Shown one piece after another: positions 37,451 through 51,150 of a DNA stretch of 64,000 nucleotides. The DNA comes from Yuukianura sp. NJ FZ-2021 (Eukaryota). The position numbers and the translations under genes were made by a program. Under the pieces are notes generated by a model that did not search any database, was not told the DNA's origin, and was given only the letters and a program-made list of their open reading frames with translations. The DNA lies in the NCBI GenBank assembly GCA_046563655.1, contig CM102285.1, positions 13,888,001 to 13,952,000 on the forward strand. Reading direction: 5' to 3'. How positions within the stretch are numbered: position 1 is the stretch's first letter; every line of letters begins with the position of its first letter.

Positions 37451-38902
37451 CCCCGATTCGAAGGGCCCTTCAGTTTATTAGTATGATCAATGATTCACCA
37501 TTTCACGTTCACGTCCACCTGGATCTGGAATAACAAAAATAAAGCCAATTAGCGAATAAGTATCGCTTTACATACAATCAATGTCAAAAACTGAAAATGA
37601 ATTACCAAGGATTTATGAATGGTATACTCTACGTCTCCAGCAAAAAAATGGTACTTGGTGAATGGTTGGTTGCTGACAGTAGTTGACCAGATGAAGAAAG
37701 TGAAGTTAGTTGACACTAGTGATGACCTTTGACCTGCGCTGTCATACAACACTGCAGTTGACTGACACGCAGACAAGGACACTGTTATCAAAACAAAATA
37801 GTTTGCAGTTGCACAAAAAAAATAGCAGATGGTTTGGATTCTTAAAAAATTCCTTCCTTTTCTGTCGATGTCAATCTCAAGTTGAACTTTTGAAATTTCA
37901 ATTTCAAACTTCCCGCTCTTTTGTGTAAACTTTATTGGATGACGTGTAGGCGTCTCATTGTTACGCACCTCGAACTATCAAAAAGGTCAAAGGTCAACGA
38001 GATTAGCTTGTTGTTGCTGTAAAAGCAATTAAACTACAAAAAGTTAATTAAAATCTTTTTAAAAAAAAGTTGAAACACATTGGCCTATACGTTGTTTTAT
38101 TCTTTTCATCTTTGGAAGCAGATATCACAGAGCTAGAATTAAAATTTAAGAACGCAACACAAGCATTTTGGATTTTTAAAATTTCAATTTTTACGAAGAT
38201 AAATTTTTGATTAAAATTTTGAGTTTTAGTTTTGCAAATTGCACTCTAGCGAGCCAATTCCTCAACAAATTTACATCCAAATACCTAATAAAAAACTTTT
38301 TTGATCGTCTGACTAGATCCGATTCTTTAAACGGACTTTTGGAACGAATAAAAGCACAACACTTCCAGCTTTAACAAATTAAATTAATTAATTAAATTAA
38401 GGTTTAAGATTACTAAATACTTTTGCCGCCCTTATTAACCTTGGTGAATGACAGAAGAGTTTTTAGCATTTTTTGGTAAACGACAAGGTAAATGACAAAG
38501 CACCCTAAAGAGATTAAAGCCTTTCGAAATCCTACCAGTTCATGTCAAAGGTCAAAGTTACCGTAACTATGCTTATAATGGACCTGATTCACTAAAATGA
38601 GAAGGTTGCACCTCATTAACGTTAGGCTACATTACATTCCTTAGATTAATCTTGTTAGGATACATCAAACGTAACACTAATCATGTTAGGTTATGTTTTA
38701 ACATTTTAAGTTAAATTGAAATGAGAAGACGTATTTTTTCACAAAGAGATCAATAAGGTTAAACCGGAATAATCAAGTTAACTTGGAGTAGTTAACTTTA
38801 ATTTTAACGTTACCGTTAATTAAGTTTCGACTTGTGACGATTAGTTCTTCATTTTAGCTTAAAAGTGTCTTAAATTCATTGACTTTTCCTAATTTTGCGA
38901 CA

Positions 38903-41900
38903 TCATCTTCTCAAACTCCTTGAATTTTCTACCGCCTTGCGACAATTGAACAGCCACTTGATCACTCTTGCATTTCTTTCTACAATCGACGGTTCTCCAT
39001 GTTGCAGAATGAGATTAGCAGTACTCTGAGCATTCGGTGGGTCCGGTGGGACTGGTGGGAGGGGCAACGGTGGTCCAGTTCCATTGTATCCATAGCCACC
39101 ACAAGTTCTTGATCCAACATATCTCTGTCCAGGAGACTCTCCACTTTCCACACTCCCATCCTTGCGTCCCACCGAGTCCACTGAACTTATACTTGAGAAG
39201 AATATTGGCGAAGATCCACTCGATCGCTGTTCGTTGACTGGACCAAACTTGAGTGGCAGCGGAGGCAGAGGTTGTGACGAAGGTGAGTCATCAGTGCTAT
39301 CCAGCCCCATTTTATCAAAAAATCGTTCCAGTTCGGCCGAACTTCTGGAAGCTCTTCTGGAATCCTGTCTTCTCGTGTCCATTGATCCAGTAGTACCGTA
39401 TTTCCCGGCTTCTTGTGAAAACGGACCGTGGATTGAAGATCCGAAATCGACTGGAACCAAAGTAAATCCACTTCCGCGCAGAAGGTGCGCCGTATTACAA
39501 CTTTTCTTGTACCGATGACTCAGGTCAGACTTTGACCTCAAAATGGGACGACGAACTGGAGAAGTTCCTGGAAAAACATAGAAAACATAATTCAGTTACA
39601 TATTGTATTATTATACTTACATTACATTCTCACATAACTTACATGACAACGTACATAACTCCTATCTAACCAGTGTTTCCTTTAACCTTGCCCAATCTTT
39701 ACCAAAATCTACAAAAAACTGCCCCTCAATCAATAAACACCGCAGTTTTCACCTATGTTACAAAGAGAAAAATGCACCTTTTTTTGCTTTCTCCACTTTC
39801 ACCCATGTGCGAAAATAGTTTGCGAATTTTCCAAGAATTTGGCAAAAGTCGATCTTTTCCTCTCCCTGCTGCTTCAATTAACGATTAGAATCTCAAAAAA
39901 CCTCACAGAGTTTCAAAGAAAAAATTTCACAAAATTTCAAAAAAAAAATTCAGTCTTTTTTTTTTCTTCAAAATTTTCAAAATTACATTTTAGCATATGC
40001 TGAATTGACTTTGACCTTCACGTTAACCTTGACCTTCAAACTTGGACTTTGATATGGGGGGATCACCGGAAAAGTTGCAAAAGACGAATTTTGAAAGCTC
40101 CATTTTGAAAACCTCCGGAACCGAATGTCTTTTAAAATTTAGCTCTCACTTTCTGTAAAATCAGGACAAATCGAAATCTAATTTACACTTAAAATCCTTC
40201 ACAAACTACGTCATCAGTCTACATTCCAGAAGATTAAACTCATTCAAGTTTAATCTTCACTTGGACTTGGGTATTTTGATTTCGCACTATAAAAATCGTT
40301 TTTTTTTTAATTTCAGACTATAAAATCAAAATCGTTTACCACTTAAATTCCCGCCAAAATCCCCAATCCTTTAAATCCTTAAAATAAATTCCATGTTTTC
40401 CCCCACATAATCGCTTTGAACCCTTCAACTTGTCAAATCCACAAAAGTTTTCACTTTTCCATTTATTTCCCCAACTTTCAATTACTTTCCTCCAACTTAC
40501 CAACAATTCCCATTGGAGTTCCCTCTGTTTGCGAAGATATTGAATGGTGACGTGCTTGTTGTGACCTCATTTCCTGCTGCTGTGCTTTGTCCCCTCCTCC
40601 CCAGTGCTCCCTCACTGCACTGTCAAAACTTGCTACTCTGGACAAAGCATTTTCAGTAACAGACTTCGGGATTGTCGAATTCCGTTTTGGCAAAACAGAA
40701 ATTGTTCTTCTAGAGCAATTTCTTGTCGAATCTTCTTCAGTAGTTGTTCCTTCTGCGGGTGACCTTGACATTGGACTCGAAGTTGAATCAGAAGTAGACT
40801 GTTTCATAGAAACATCCGACACTGAAGCATTTCCTACCGGCGATTTTCGACTTCTTCCGGAAGAAGCTGAAATGACACTCATAGTTCCCGAAGTAGCTGG
40901 AAAAAGTGGCGGGAGTTTTTGATGTGACTTTTCAGATGCTGATGAATTTTGTCTATCAATCATCGGTGTGACAGGAGTAGAGAATGCTGGTGGTGGTGAA
41001 ATTATTGGTCCATCGGACATTGGTGACTCCATGATGACATCCGTAGGTAGTGGAGCCACTGGCAGAATTGGTGACGGAAGTGTAACTGGAACTGAAATCG
41101 GATTTTGATGAATCGGCGCAGTCTTGGCCGTTCCTTGTTTCAAAGACGGTCGATCTCGAATGAGTCTGCGCAGTTTTGCATGGACATCGGACACATGATG
41201 GTCAGAGTTTCTGCGTGGGGGTGACGGAGGCTGAATTGGCATAAATTCGGGACTCCCTTCACCTTGGCCTTTGAGTCTCTGCGGAAAGTCGTTTGGACGA
41301 ATAGGTTTAGTCATGGCTCGCGGACTTTTTGGCGGTAACGGTGGCGGTGATTGCGTTCGAATGACATTTCCTGAAACTGAAACGACCAGAAAAAATTAGA
41401 CTTTTAGTACTACAAAGTAATTAATTTGAAATTAACTCGACTCGTCTTCTTCATCTCGTTTTTTACGCGCCCAGTTTTTCCTAAACCTTCGCTGTTTTTT
41501 TTTCAACACTCCCTAGAGCATTTCAACCAATTAAATTTCGCAGAGGCCATTAAATTCCCGCCTCCCTCGTTAAAACAGAAAATCAGCCGCTGGAAAAGTA
41601 TGTTATAAAAAAAATTAAATGGAAGTGGGGAAAGTTGGCAATTTAATTGAGCGCGAAAAAAAAATCCTTCTTTTTTTTGAAAAGTTAAAAAAAAAATGAG
41701 GAAAAAGCTTCTTCTTTTTTCAAAAAAGTTTTCGTTTTGTGATTGTCACTGGGGAGATTTACTTCCGCAGGACCACGCCTAGGTTTTCGTGCTTCCGGTT
41801 CATGGACCTTGTTCTTCCGTCTACCGTTACAAAACCACTCTCAGGCCACTTTATTAAGTCTTTGATTCAATTACTTTACTCTCGTTTTGTTGAAGTTTGC

Positions 41901-44900
41901 GTGTGAGTAAATTAACGGAAGGATTTACATTTATTCATCTCTCTTATTGTTATGCTTAGCTTTTAAATCCTTTTCTGCAAAACAGGATAAAGCTTCCGTT
42001 AATTCCGAAATTCGAGCTTAAAATCTCACTTTTCCATCCTTTTTCTTTGTTTTCGCAAAAATAATCCTTTTTTCTTCTCTAAAATTCTTTGCCCCTGATT
42101 TCGCCCCATATGTCAAAAAATTCACTTTTTTTTTCCATTTTTTTCCATTTTGTAAAGAAATAATCCGTTTTTTTTCTTTTCTTTCTTTTTTTTTAATTTG
42201 TCCTCTTTAATTTTTTTTTCTGCTCCTGATCTCCCCCCATACTTATTAATTTAAAAATTTTTGCAACTTCAAGTGAAACTGCCAACTTTTTTCAACTCTA
42301 ATTTATGACCTCTATGCATCACGTACAAAGTACAAGTGGGATTCAGAATTCAAAATCTTTGTATCATCTGTACAATCCAAATGAAAAAAAAAGTCCGCAG
42401 GGCCGGCGGGTTTTGAACTCTCGGCTTCCCTTGAATGCATTTTCATCTTCAGAATCTCCGAATCTCTCGACTAATTTCTATTCTTGTTTCTTAAAGGACG
42501 GGCGCACTTCGCACAGAAAATATCCGCAAGCCATGCATCAATCAACATTCATCTGAAAATGAAAGTTTGTGTCCAGAGGCGGGAATTTTCAAAATAAAGA
42601 AAAAAATCAAAAACCTCCAAGGAAAGTCCTAATCATCAATCTGCACTCGGCATATTCTCAAACCTAAAAATTCCAGCATAATCGCTCCAATAATACTAAA
42701 ATTTTCTGCCATAATCGTTTCAATACTAAAATTTTCTACCATAATCGCTTTTCACTACTAAAATTTTCTACCACAATCGCTCCGCTTGTCTCACCTAAGT
42801 TAGTTTTGGGTGACGACGGTAGCGTATTAATTCCAGCCGAACTAAATTCTAGCGGTCCACCACTTTCCGTCCAAGGTGGGAGTCTCTCGACCGTGGCAAA
42901 TGGCGAAGTAGTGGAATGGTCAAAAGCCCTTGAACTCCTGTCCATCTGAAGGGAATGGACAGTGAAAGTAGAGGGGACGGATGACCTCCTGAGTTTCCTG
43001 TCACTTCTGGACGCTGAATGGACTCCAGAGCAACTTCTAAGGGCATCTCGACTCTCTCTTTGGAGTCGTTCATAGTGGAGGAGATAGTGTTCCTGGAGAG
43101 TCTGGAGCTGGAAGTGGTCCAAATGAAGATGGTCCTTGTTCGTCGCAGTGGCATGAGGATAACAAGTGGGACAAATGGAGTAGCATGACAGGGGGAGGCA
43201 GTGATGTCCACCACCGCGGCGGGGCAGCGTGCTCACGACTTCCACTCTCGTTGGACTCCGGACATGAAGATGGTCAGTGTTCTTCAGTTCCTGTCTCCCG
43301 TCCAGGACGCTTTCGGACTTGACGTAGAACGCTTTCGATTCCTGCAGCAACTCCACCGCACTTCTCCGTTTTACTAGAAAAACAGAAAAAGATCAAAAAT
43401 TAGAAAACTAGACAAAAATAAGAGAAAACTATTTTCCAGAAAAAAATCGTTTTCCGAGGGAAAAATCAGAAAACGAGAAAAAGAAAACATCAGAAAACCA
43501 TTTTCCAGAAAAATCACAGAACATCAGAAAATCATTTTCCAGAAAAATCACAGAACATCAGAAAATCATTTTCCAGAAAAATCACAGAACATCAGAAAAT
43601 CAGTTTGGCAGAAACAAAATCCAGCAAATCAGAAAATGAAAACATCGGAAAATCATTTTCCGGAAAAATCAGAAAACAGAAAAATTCGTTTTCCGGGGGG
43701 AGAATTAGAAAACCCGAAGAAGAAAACATCAGAAAATCATTTGCCAGAAAAATCAGAGCAGAAAATCATTTTGCAAAAAAAAAATTTCCGAAACCAGAAA
43801 ATGAAAACATCGGAAAACCATTTTCCAGAAAAATCAGAAAACCATAAAAAGAAAACATCGGAAATAATCATCAAATCATTTTCTAGTTACAAAAAAAAAA
43901 TCATGGGAACAAGAATCAAAATTTTCATTTTTTTTTCAAAATGTGAAAACCTCCTTCGTCTCTTGTTTTTCCAGAAACAATTTCATGCTCAATTAAACCT
44001 CATATTACATCTCCCCTTCACAGATATTAAAGTTTACAAAATTCAGGAACCAAAAGGCCTCCTTTCCCGCAGTTTCCTCAATGCATAAAACATTTCCCAG
44101 TTTTCTTATAGCACAAAGTAGACAGCCTCCTTACCAGTTACCAGACCTCTACCAGTTTGTACCAGACAAGGAGGAAATTCAGGCAAAACGTCCAGCCACT
44201 CCCTTCAAAAGGCTAAGAATCAAAACAGGAGGAAAATAAATTGCAATTTTCCACAACAAGACACAAATCCACTTTTTTCCCTTCATCATTTTCATTTTCC
44301 CGTTCCTATTCTTTTCCCAATTTTCGCCAAAAAAGAAAACTCGTTTTGCAACGAACAAAAAGATTCACCTCCGCCATTCACCAAAGAAGGAAGGAAGTAA
44401 AAAAGTTGAACCTTAAGCAACTTGGCAGCATTTCGGCAGTAGTCGTGTTAAAATCAACAAAAACCTAACCGGTGATCTGCAAAAAAAGATTACAAAATGA
44501 AACGATGAAAGATGTTAAGCGGAACGAAATGAGAAAAAATCAGCAAAAATTTTACGACAAACGAGTTATGGCGAGATTCCTTACGAAATTTAATACTCCA
44601 AACGCCAGTGCCAAAAAAACGCAACAAAACACACACCACACATTAACCAACTTTTGTTTCAAGTTTTCAAATTCAATTTCAAAATCACGAAAATTTCAAT
44701 TTCAACAACATACAACTCCATTCCCAAATTTTGTACAGTTTTTTCCGTTTTCTTTTTCTAAAATTTTCCTAATTTTTCTCACCAGAAAAAGCGAATACGA
44801 AATTTTCGACTTTTTGCAACTTTTTCCCCCCATAATAAAAATTATGAAAATGAAAACGAAAAAGGTGTAAAGTATGTAGGCGGAAGATGATTTACGACTT

Positions 44901-46847
44901 CTTCCCATTGTTTTACATGTAAACACGTAAATCGTAAATTGTAAATCGTAAATCGTAAATGTTGTAAAGTGACAAAAACAGAAGACAGAAGATGAATAAA
45001 GGTAGAAGTGCATAGAAGATTTGAGATTTGTGGGTGCAGTATTGTGGTTTGTGTTTGTTCGGCGGTTGATGCTGATAATTGGACATCTTAGAAAGTTTTT
45101 TGGTCTGAATCAAATAGAAGTGAGATCTTTTGACTGATTGTACTCTGATCCGCCTCTTCTCTCTTTCTAACCTAACCGATACTTTGATGATACTTAGCAA
45201 GGTTTGAAAACAAAAAGAAACCCTTTTCTACGCCAGGTTGTACAATAACTCCAAGTTTTTATTTTGTATGAAAATAGCAAATCTGCCTTTCTATGGTAAT
45301 GTTTTGCATGTAATCTAAATGGGGTTGATGCTAAATTGGTGCTAAAAATTGGTTGTTTAAAGCAAGGTTTTGGAAAACCCTGAGTTGGTTGACAATCTGT
45401 TGTAGGAAATACAATTCTTTTGTCGAAGTACCTTGGATGCTTAGCCTAACCAAACCAAGGAGTCGAATCCTTTGAAGCTTGAAATTGCTCAGCATTCAGC
45501 AGCAGCTACAGTCAAATTTTCACTTTACAATTTAAAATATCAACAGAAATCTCTAAAGTAAAGGTATATTAGCCTACTTTTTTTCTTAACCAAGCAGAGA
45601 CAACATCACACCTTCAGTTCACTACCAAATTAGCAGTTGTCTCCACATCATGAATCTTCTTAAATGGACACCTCTGTGCTGGGCCAATTGTGCTGGCAGC
45701 ACATCGTATTCGCAAAGGAAACTAATTCACAGCCTTTGTACTTGTACGACTTCACATCAATCAATTCTGAACGGCGTTAAAGATTCGAACCTGATTGCTG
45801 ATTAATTATGCCGAACAAACCAACCGCCTTTTTAGAAAAACCAAAATTACAAATTATACAACCGTAATTTCAAAAAAAAGCAAGCAAGTTTAATTTCATT
45901 TTTTGATTTCTAATCACACAGTAGTTTAAGCGCTGTAAAACCGCAATAAAACAAATGAAACAAAAATTAACCCAACCTCTCTATTACGTTTCCCTTCCTA
46001 CAATCTACCTACCACAAAAGGGCGGCAAATACACAACGTTGTAAAAATTGCGTAAAAAGTGAATTATTTTCCCACGTTAATGCATAACGAAAACGGAAAT
46101 TCAAAACAGTAACAATTAAAACCCAAAATTTCTACAATCAGACCCTGACGAAACGTGTTGCGCTTGGTAAAAACACGTTAGTAAAAAATTACGCAATTCA
46201 ACAAAAATGAAAACCTAGAACTCGTAAAACTTGCTAAACGTTAAATTAAACTGAAAATGCCAAAATTCAAAAGGAATTCGCGCATTTCGTAGATTTGTCT
46301 GAAGATGAAAAAAAATTAAGATGAAGAGCCTGAGAGTATAACAATGAAACGAAAAAGAAAGGAATTGAATCAAAAACGAAAAAAAAAACTTGAAATGAAT
46401 GGAACTCATCGTCTTTTCCAGAGATTTCTTTTTCACACCTTCCTCTCTCCTTCCTTCCTATTTTTTCTATCACGTCAAGATCACTTCTCTTCTCATAAAA
46501 AGCCTGCAGGACACAAGACCGTAAAAAATGGAACAAAACAATTCATCTCCCTTCCTTCCAAAAAACATAACACTGCAGCAGCATCGGAATTCAAACTGAG
46601 ACGAAAAATTGCTCCCACTTTTGCACGATTTGTATGATAAAATCAACCAAGAAAAAAATAAATCACATCAAGTTATAAGCACCAAAAACTTTTAAGTTAA
46701 AAAAGTAAAGTGTAAGTGATTTTGAAAATACAAACCTGATCTGTCTGGGCGTCCAATTGAGCCATAGTAAGATGACCTCAGAAAGTCATGATTTCGGGCC
46801 TTGAGGGTGTTGATTGGTTTCTGGGGCATTAGAGAGGTTAGGCTCAT
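38903..46847 (-). CDS. FAM110: FAM110 family centrosome/spindle-associated protein
   Basis: N-terminal KRRSAVELLQESKAFYVKSE, central LRSKSDLS and AELERFFDKMGLD, C-terminal SIVERNARVIKWLFNCRKA. Phase-1 exons at ~46736-46847, 42795-43373, 40501-41370 and 38903-39567. Confidence 0.85.
42679..42783. repeat. Intronic tandem repeat, ~30-33-bp unit, ~3.3 copies
   Basis: ataatcgct..caatactaaaattttct(g/a)cc repeated next to a FAM110 splice donor. Confidence 0.75.
43425..43885. repeat. Intronic minisatellite, 34-bp core unit with degenerate flanking copies
   Basis: catcagaaaatcattttccagaaaaatcacagaa occurs three times nearly exactly (43488-43600), with variants on both sides. Confidence 0.85.
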
Positions 46848-48447
46848 CCTCACCACTGTCTATTACATTGTCATCTTCCTTCGTGTAGCACCGCACCCAA
46901 ACCACTTCTGACTTTCTCGGCATCAATTCCAATCACTGAAAAAAATCACAACACAAAAAATTAGGACTTTGATTACCGCCAATTTCGATTAATACTTCAA
47001 AGTATTAGAGAGATTTCGCACTTTAGTTTTTATTTTTCTCATTTCGCCCCTTACCGCGCGTCCCAAATTCAAAATGTTAAAGTTCAATTTTCTCACACAA
47101 AAAACGTTCCGAACGTTTGAAAATTTTGGCCCACAAGTGCATTGTGTCGTGACGTCAAGTTGTAAAAACCTTTGTGTCGTGCTGTATTACCAAAAATGTT
47201 GTAACAACAACGTGAATGATGTCAATGGGTTACAAACTACGTCATTCACTGTTTGTTCCTCACAAGTATCTCAGCAGTATTCCCGAACTTCCGTAAATGT
47301 CAATGTCCAAAAATGTCTTTTCCGTTTTTATAAACTCCTTTATAATATCTGTATCTTTGTCTGTCTGTCCGCCTGTCTACCGCTTACAATCATCTTTTCG
47401 AGATTTCTCTTTTCTAAAGTGTGAATTTGCGAAATCTATTTCAGGCGGAAGACACACCGGGAACATGTTCTTCGTTAACATTAAGTCTATTGAATTTTTT
47501 GCATTGATAAAAATTCAAAAGCCTAATTGCCCTTGCTCATCTTCCTGCAATCTCACTCCTCCGGCTGAATAGAACTCTCAAATCATCCAGAAGAATCAAG
47601 AATGGACCCTACACAAACACATAACAAAAAGAACATCATTTTAAAAGTACATTGGACTCTTTTTAGTCTTTTTATAGTCTCTTTTTAGTTCAAAGTACTA
47701 TAAAACATGAACAGTTTGTGAGCCTATTGTGTTCTGGACCAGGGGGACTTGCGACAGGACATAACAGATCGTTTCCCCGAATGTCTCTTGACTCTGACTC
47801 TAGCAATGTGCTGGCAGTACAACTTTTATCGCTCAACAGCGCATGACTCCTTCCAGAAGAATGCTAAACCTGGATCAATAATTGGCACGTAACGGAGGCT
47901 GTGGAGTTTGGTACAGCAGAGAAAGGCAAAAGACCAAGGACTGCTGCTGCTGCTGGAGAAAGTTCTTCCAGCACTTTTTTAGTCCAGACTTCTCCAGAAG
48001 TTGAAGTTTTAGGGAAAAAAATGGGAACAAAACTATACCAGGACGAGAACCTTAAAAAAAGAGACTTCAGAATCCTGTTTTAGCGACCTTGAGGGCCTCC
48101 CCTCCTTCCTCCTTCTGGAAGTTTTGTCTTTTGATCATATTTAATAGGCAGAACGTGCCAAGTGGAATTATACTGCCAGTATTTCCAATATCTTGCCAAG
48201 TGGTAACAGACTCTGACTACTTTAGTTTTGGAAAATAACGACACAATTAAAAATGTCAGACCTAGTTTCAGTCACAATCTAAACTTTCCAAGTCCTTTGT
48301 CTTGAAATACTGCCAAGTTGGCAATAAGGTCCAATGTCAACAGTCACTTCGTCAGCAGTTGTTAGGTTACTTTTTTTAATAGTTTTAGACATGCTAACGT
48401 CAACGTCTACGTAAAATGTAAAGTTAGTTAAAAAATAAGTGTCATTA

Positions 48448-48711
48448 GGGAGTTTGCGTTATAAATAATTTATAGAATTTATAAAATGTAGGAAGTCCCG
48501 CCTCTTTCCACATGGTGCACCCCAGTTTGTAACGGCTCCCGCAATTGGCCGATTTCGAATCTGTGACGTCACTTTCCAAACTTTCGTTATTTATGGAATT
48601 TATGAGTTTATAAAATTATAAAATGTTTATAAATTTTGTAAATCCCAGAAGTTTGAAAAGTGACGTCAATACGCGCGGTAATTCTATAAATTATTTATAA
48701 CGCAAACTCCC
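48448..48711. mobile_element. 264-bp MITE-like element with perfect 32-bp terminal inverted repeats
   Basis: gggagtttgcgttataaataatttatagaatt (48448-48479) is the exact reverse complement of 48680-48711. No coding capacity. TSD not clean (TTA left, ATT right). Confidence 0.72.
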
Positions 48712-51150
48712 ATTTAAATGATCCCGTTTTTTTCATAAAAGGCTGTGTTACAATTTGTAATTATTGTAGCGTACAAATAAGACAAAGCACAACCTGCCTA
48801 ATACGGAGTGTAGTTATTGTATGCGCTTAGCATTATTGAGCAACTTGTAAACAATTGGAATTTCAAAACACTTCACAACTAAACGGGAGATGCTTGATCA
48901 ATCAGTGATGACCCAGTTTTCTACTTAATTTGACTATGCTAAACCCACTACTGTCCATCTTCCCTTCAGTTTCAAGACGTTTACTACCAATTCTATTAAG
49001 ACTTGCATTAGACACGGGACCTTGAGCATGAAAAATTCAATTTTTTAACAGGAAATTGCAACGTTAGAAAAACGTTAGGCAACGAAACGTTAAAATTAAA
49101 ACTTTGGTCGTCGTTCATCTCATCAATATCCGTTCGATTGTTCACACTTCCTTAATCTGTTGAATCTCCAATTTAGAAAATACCTAAGAGAAGAGAATGT
49201 TAATCGATTAAAATTCAAAACTCGATTCATTAGCATTGTTGAATTAAGAAGATGAGCTTTCCATTTAAAAAAATCAAGTCCATCGTTTGGAGTTGACTCA
49301 TTAGTAAAACAATTGCAGAGTAATTAAAACCTTAAGTTCTACTTTTGAAGAAACAAATTGAGCAAAAACATAACATGTTCCGTCTGTGTACTCAATTCAT
49401 GTCCCATTTTGGGGCAAGCTTTTGTAAAAACGTTACCTTTATGCCACTTATTGACTTTATGTCCAGGACAAGGACAGACCGAAACCATATTTCAGTGAAA
49501 CCTGTCACTTTCATTTGTCATTTCTGTTAAAAAGTATAAACTTTTTCACACAAAGTAAACGAACAAAAACGGAGTAAACGATTCTGACTCTGACGTCTGT
49601 TGTCTCCCCTTGACCTCAATTCATTTTTCCTGGATCTTCTGGAGGAAAATGTCAAATGTCAAGAGAGGTGCGAAAGATCGTGCGTACAAAGAAAATCTTC
49701 GATTTATGATCTCGAGCCTCTTACTGGGCCAAGCTTCGACATGAATAATTCATGATCAACTTAATGTCAAGGGTCACAGAGGTCAACTTAAGTTCAGCTT
49801 GTGCTGACTACTAAATGAGGAGACACACTACAAAGAAATCAAAGTCAATCAGGAATAAAATTAGACAGGAAACAATTGAATGTCAAAGTTACCGTTTGTT
49901 GCTTGAACCTGATCTGCCTATTGCTTCTGCTTGACCTCCCATTGTCGTCACTCATTTAAGCCTCCATCACTTCGTTCGTGTCCATTCTTCCCATGAATTG
50001 ATGAACCTGAACAATATAACTGTTCAATTAACTCCCAAACTTAATGTCACAAAACACCACAACAGTTTTAGTTACTGTAACTTAAGGTTTTAACACTTAC
50101 TGTAACTTAACTCCCTTCCAAGACAAAGAAGAGAGATGAACTGACATACCAAAATATTTGGATTCTTCTTCGTCTCCTCTCCGAGATCAACACAGAAGAC
50201 GTCCACCCTCTCTAGGTATGTCCTCTTGCTATGCTGTTCTTGTTATGTCCATTGTGCATGTCCAGAACATCTCTCTACTGTGTATGTGTACTGTAAGTCT
50301 AATTTAACACTTTGCAACATTCTAAGCACAGATCTTGTTCAATTTTATCCAAAATGGAAAATAGTTATCGAGTAACTGTACATTAGCATGTGGGATAAGG
50401 GATAAAATACCTGAGATATATAGAGAGTCACAATTCAAAAACTTAAAACGATACAGAGTATGGAGGTACTTATTTTTGGGTTTTATTTTGTTCGGTGTTG
50501 AATTCATTCAATTCAACCAAACAAACACTGGGTCAATACCCTCGAGGCTTTTCAATACTAATTCGTATAAGTGGCAGTCAACGACGCGACGCATATGAAG
50601 TTTCATAAACAATTTCATTCAACTTTTAACTTTCAACTTTTGTTAGTTTTTCACGTTAAAAAACGCTAGATCGTTCCAGAATCCAGAAACTGCTGGTACG
50701 TTGTACGTGCTATTCAATATTTTACATTTTGGGATTTTGGACAATTGTGACCTCATTGTTCAACTTTATCATTCATCTTCACATTAATTGCTGCGAAGTA
50801 GTCAAGGACAAGGTAGTAATCGAAGTGTCATTTCAGCATATGTATGCTTTAAGCTTTAAGGTCATGAGTTTTTAACATTTCAAATGTTTTTTAAATGCTA
50901 AAAATGTTTCAACTGTTGATTTTCATCAGTTGACTTGAAAGGAAACGTGGATAAACTTATTTTGTAAAAGTATTGGCACATCATGTCTTACTAACCTCAT
51001 TGAGAACCCTCATCTAGTATATTGGATTAATTCCTTTTTTCTTTGCAGTAAAACCGGAGTTTTCCGTGGTCTCTAAATTGGACAACCGCTTTGTTTCTTC
51101 AACGTCTCATCTCTCATTATTGCCGTACTTAAGTCGTGAACACTAAACTA

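Noticed and set aside
43425..43885. 34-bp repeat array resembling a CRISPR array, and the ORFs over it (43605-44088)
   Set aside because: Units are head-to-tail with no unique spacers, lie in a eukaryotic intron and have no cas genes nearby. The ORFs are by-products of the repeat.
44241..47572. Several K/F-rich ORFs
   Set aside because: A/T-run-driven frames in the FAM110 intron and upstream region, with no protein-like composition.
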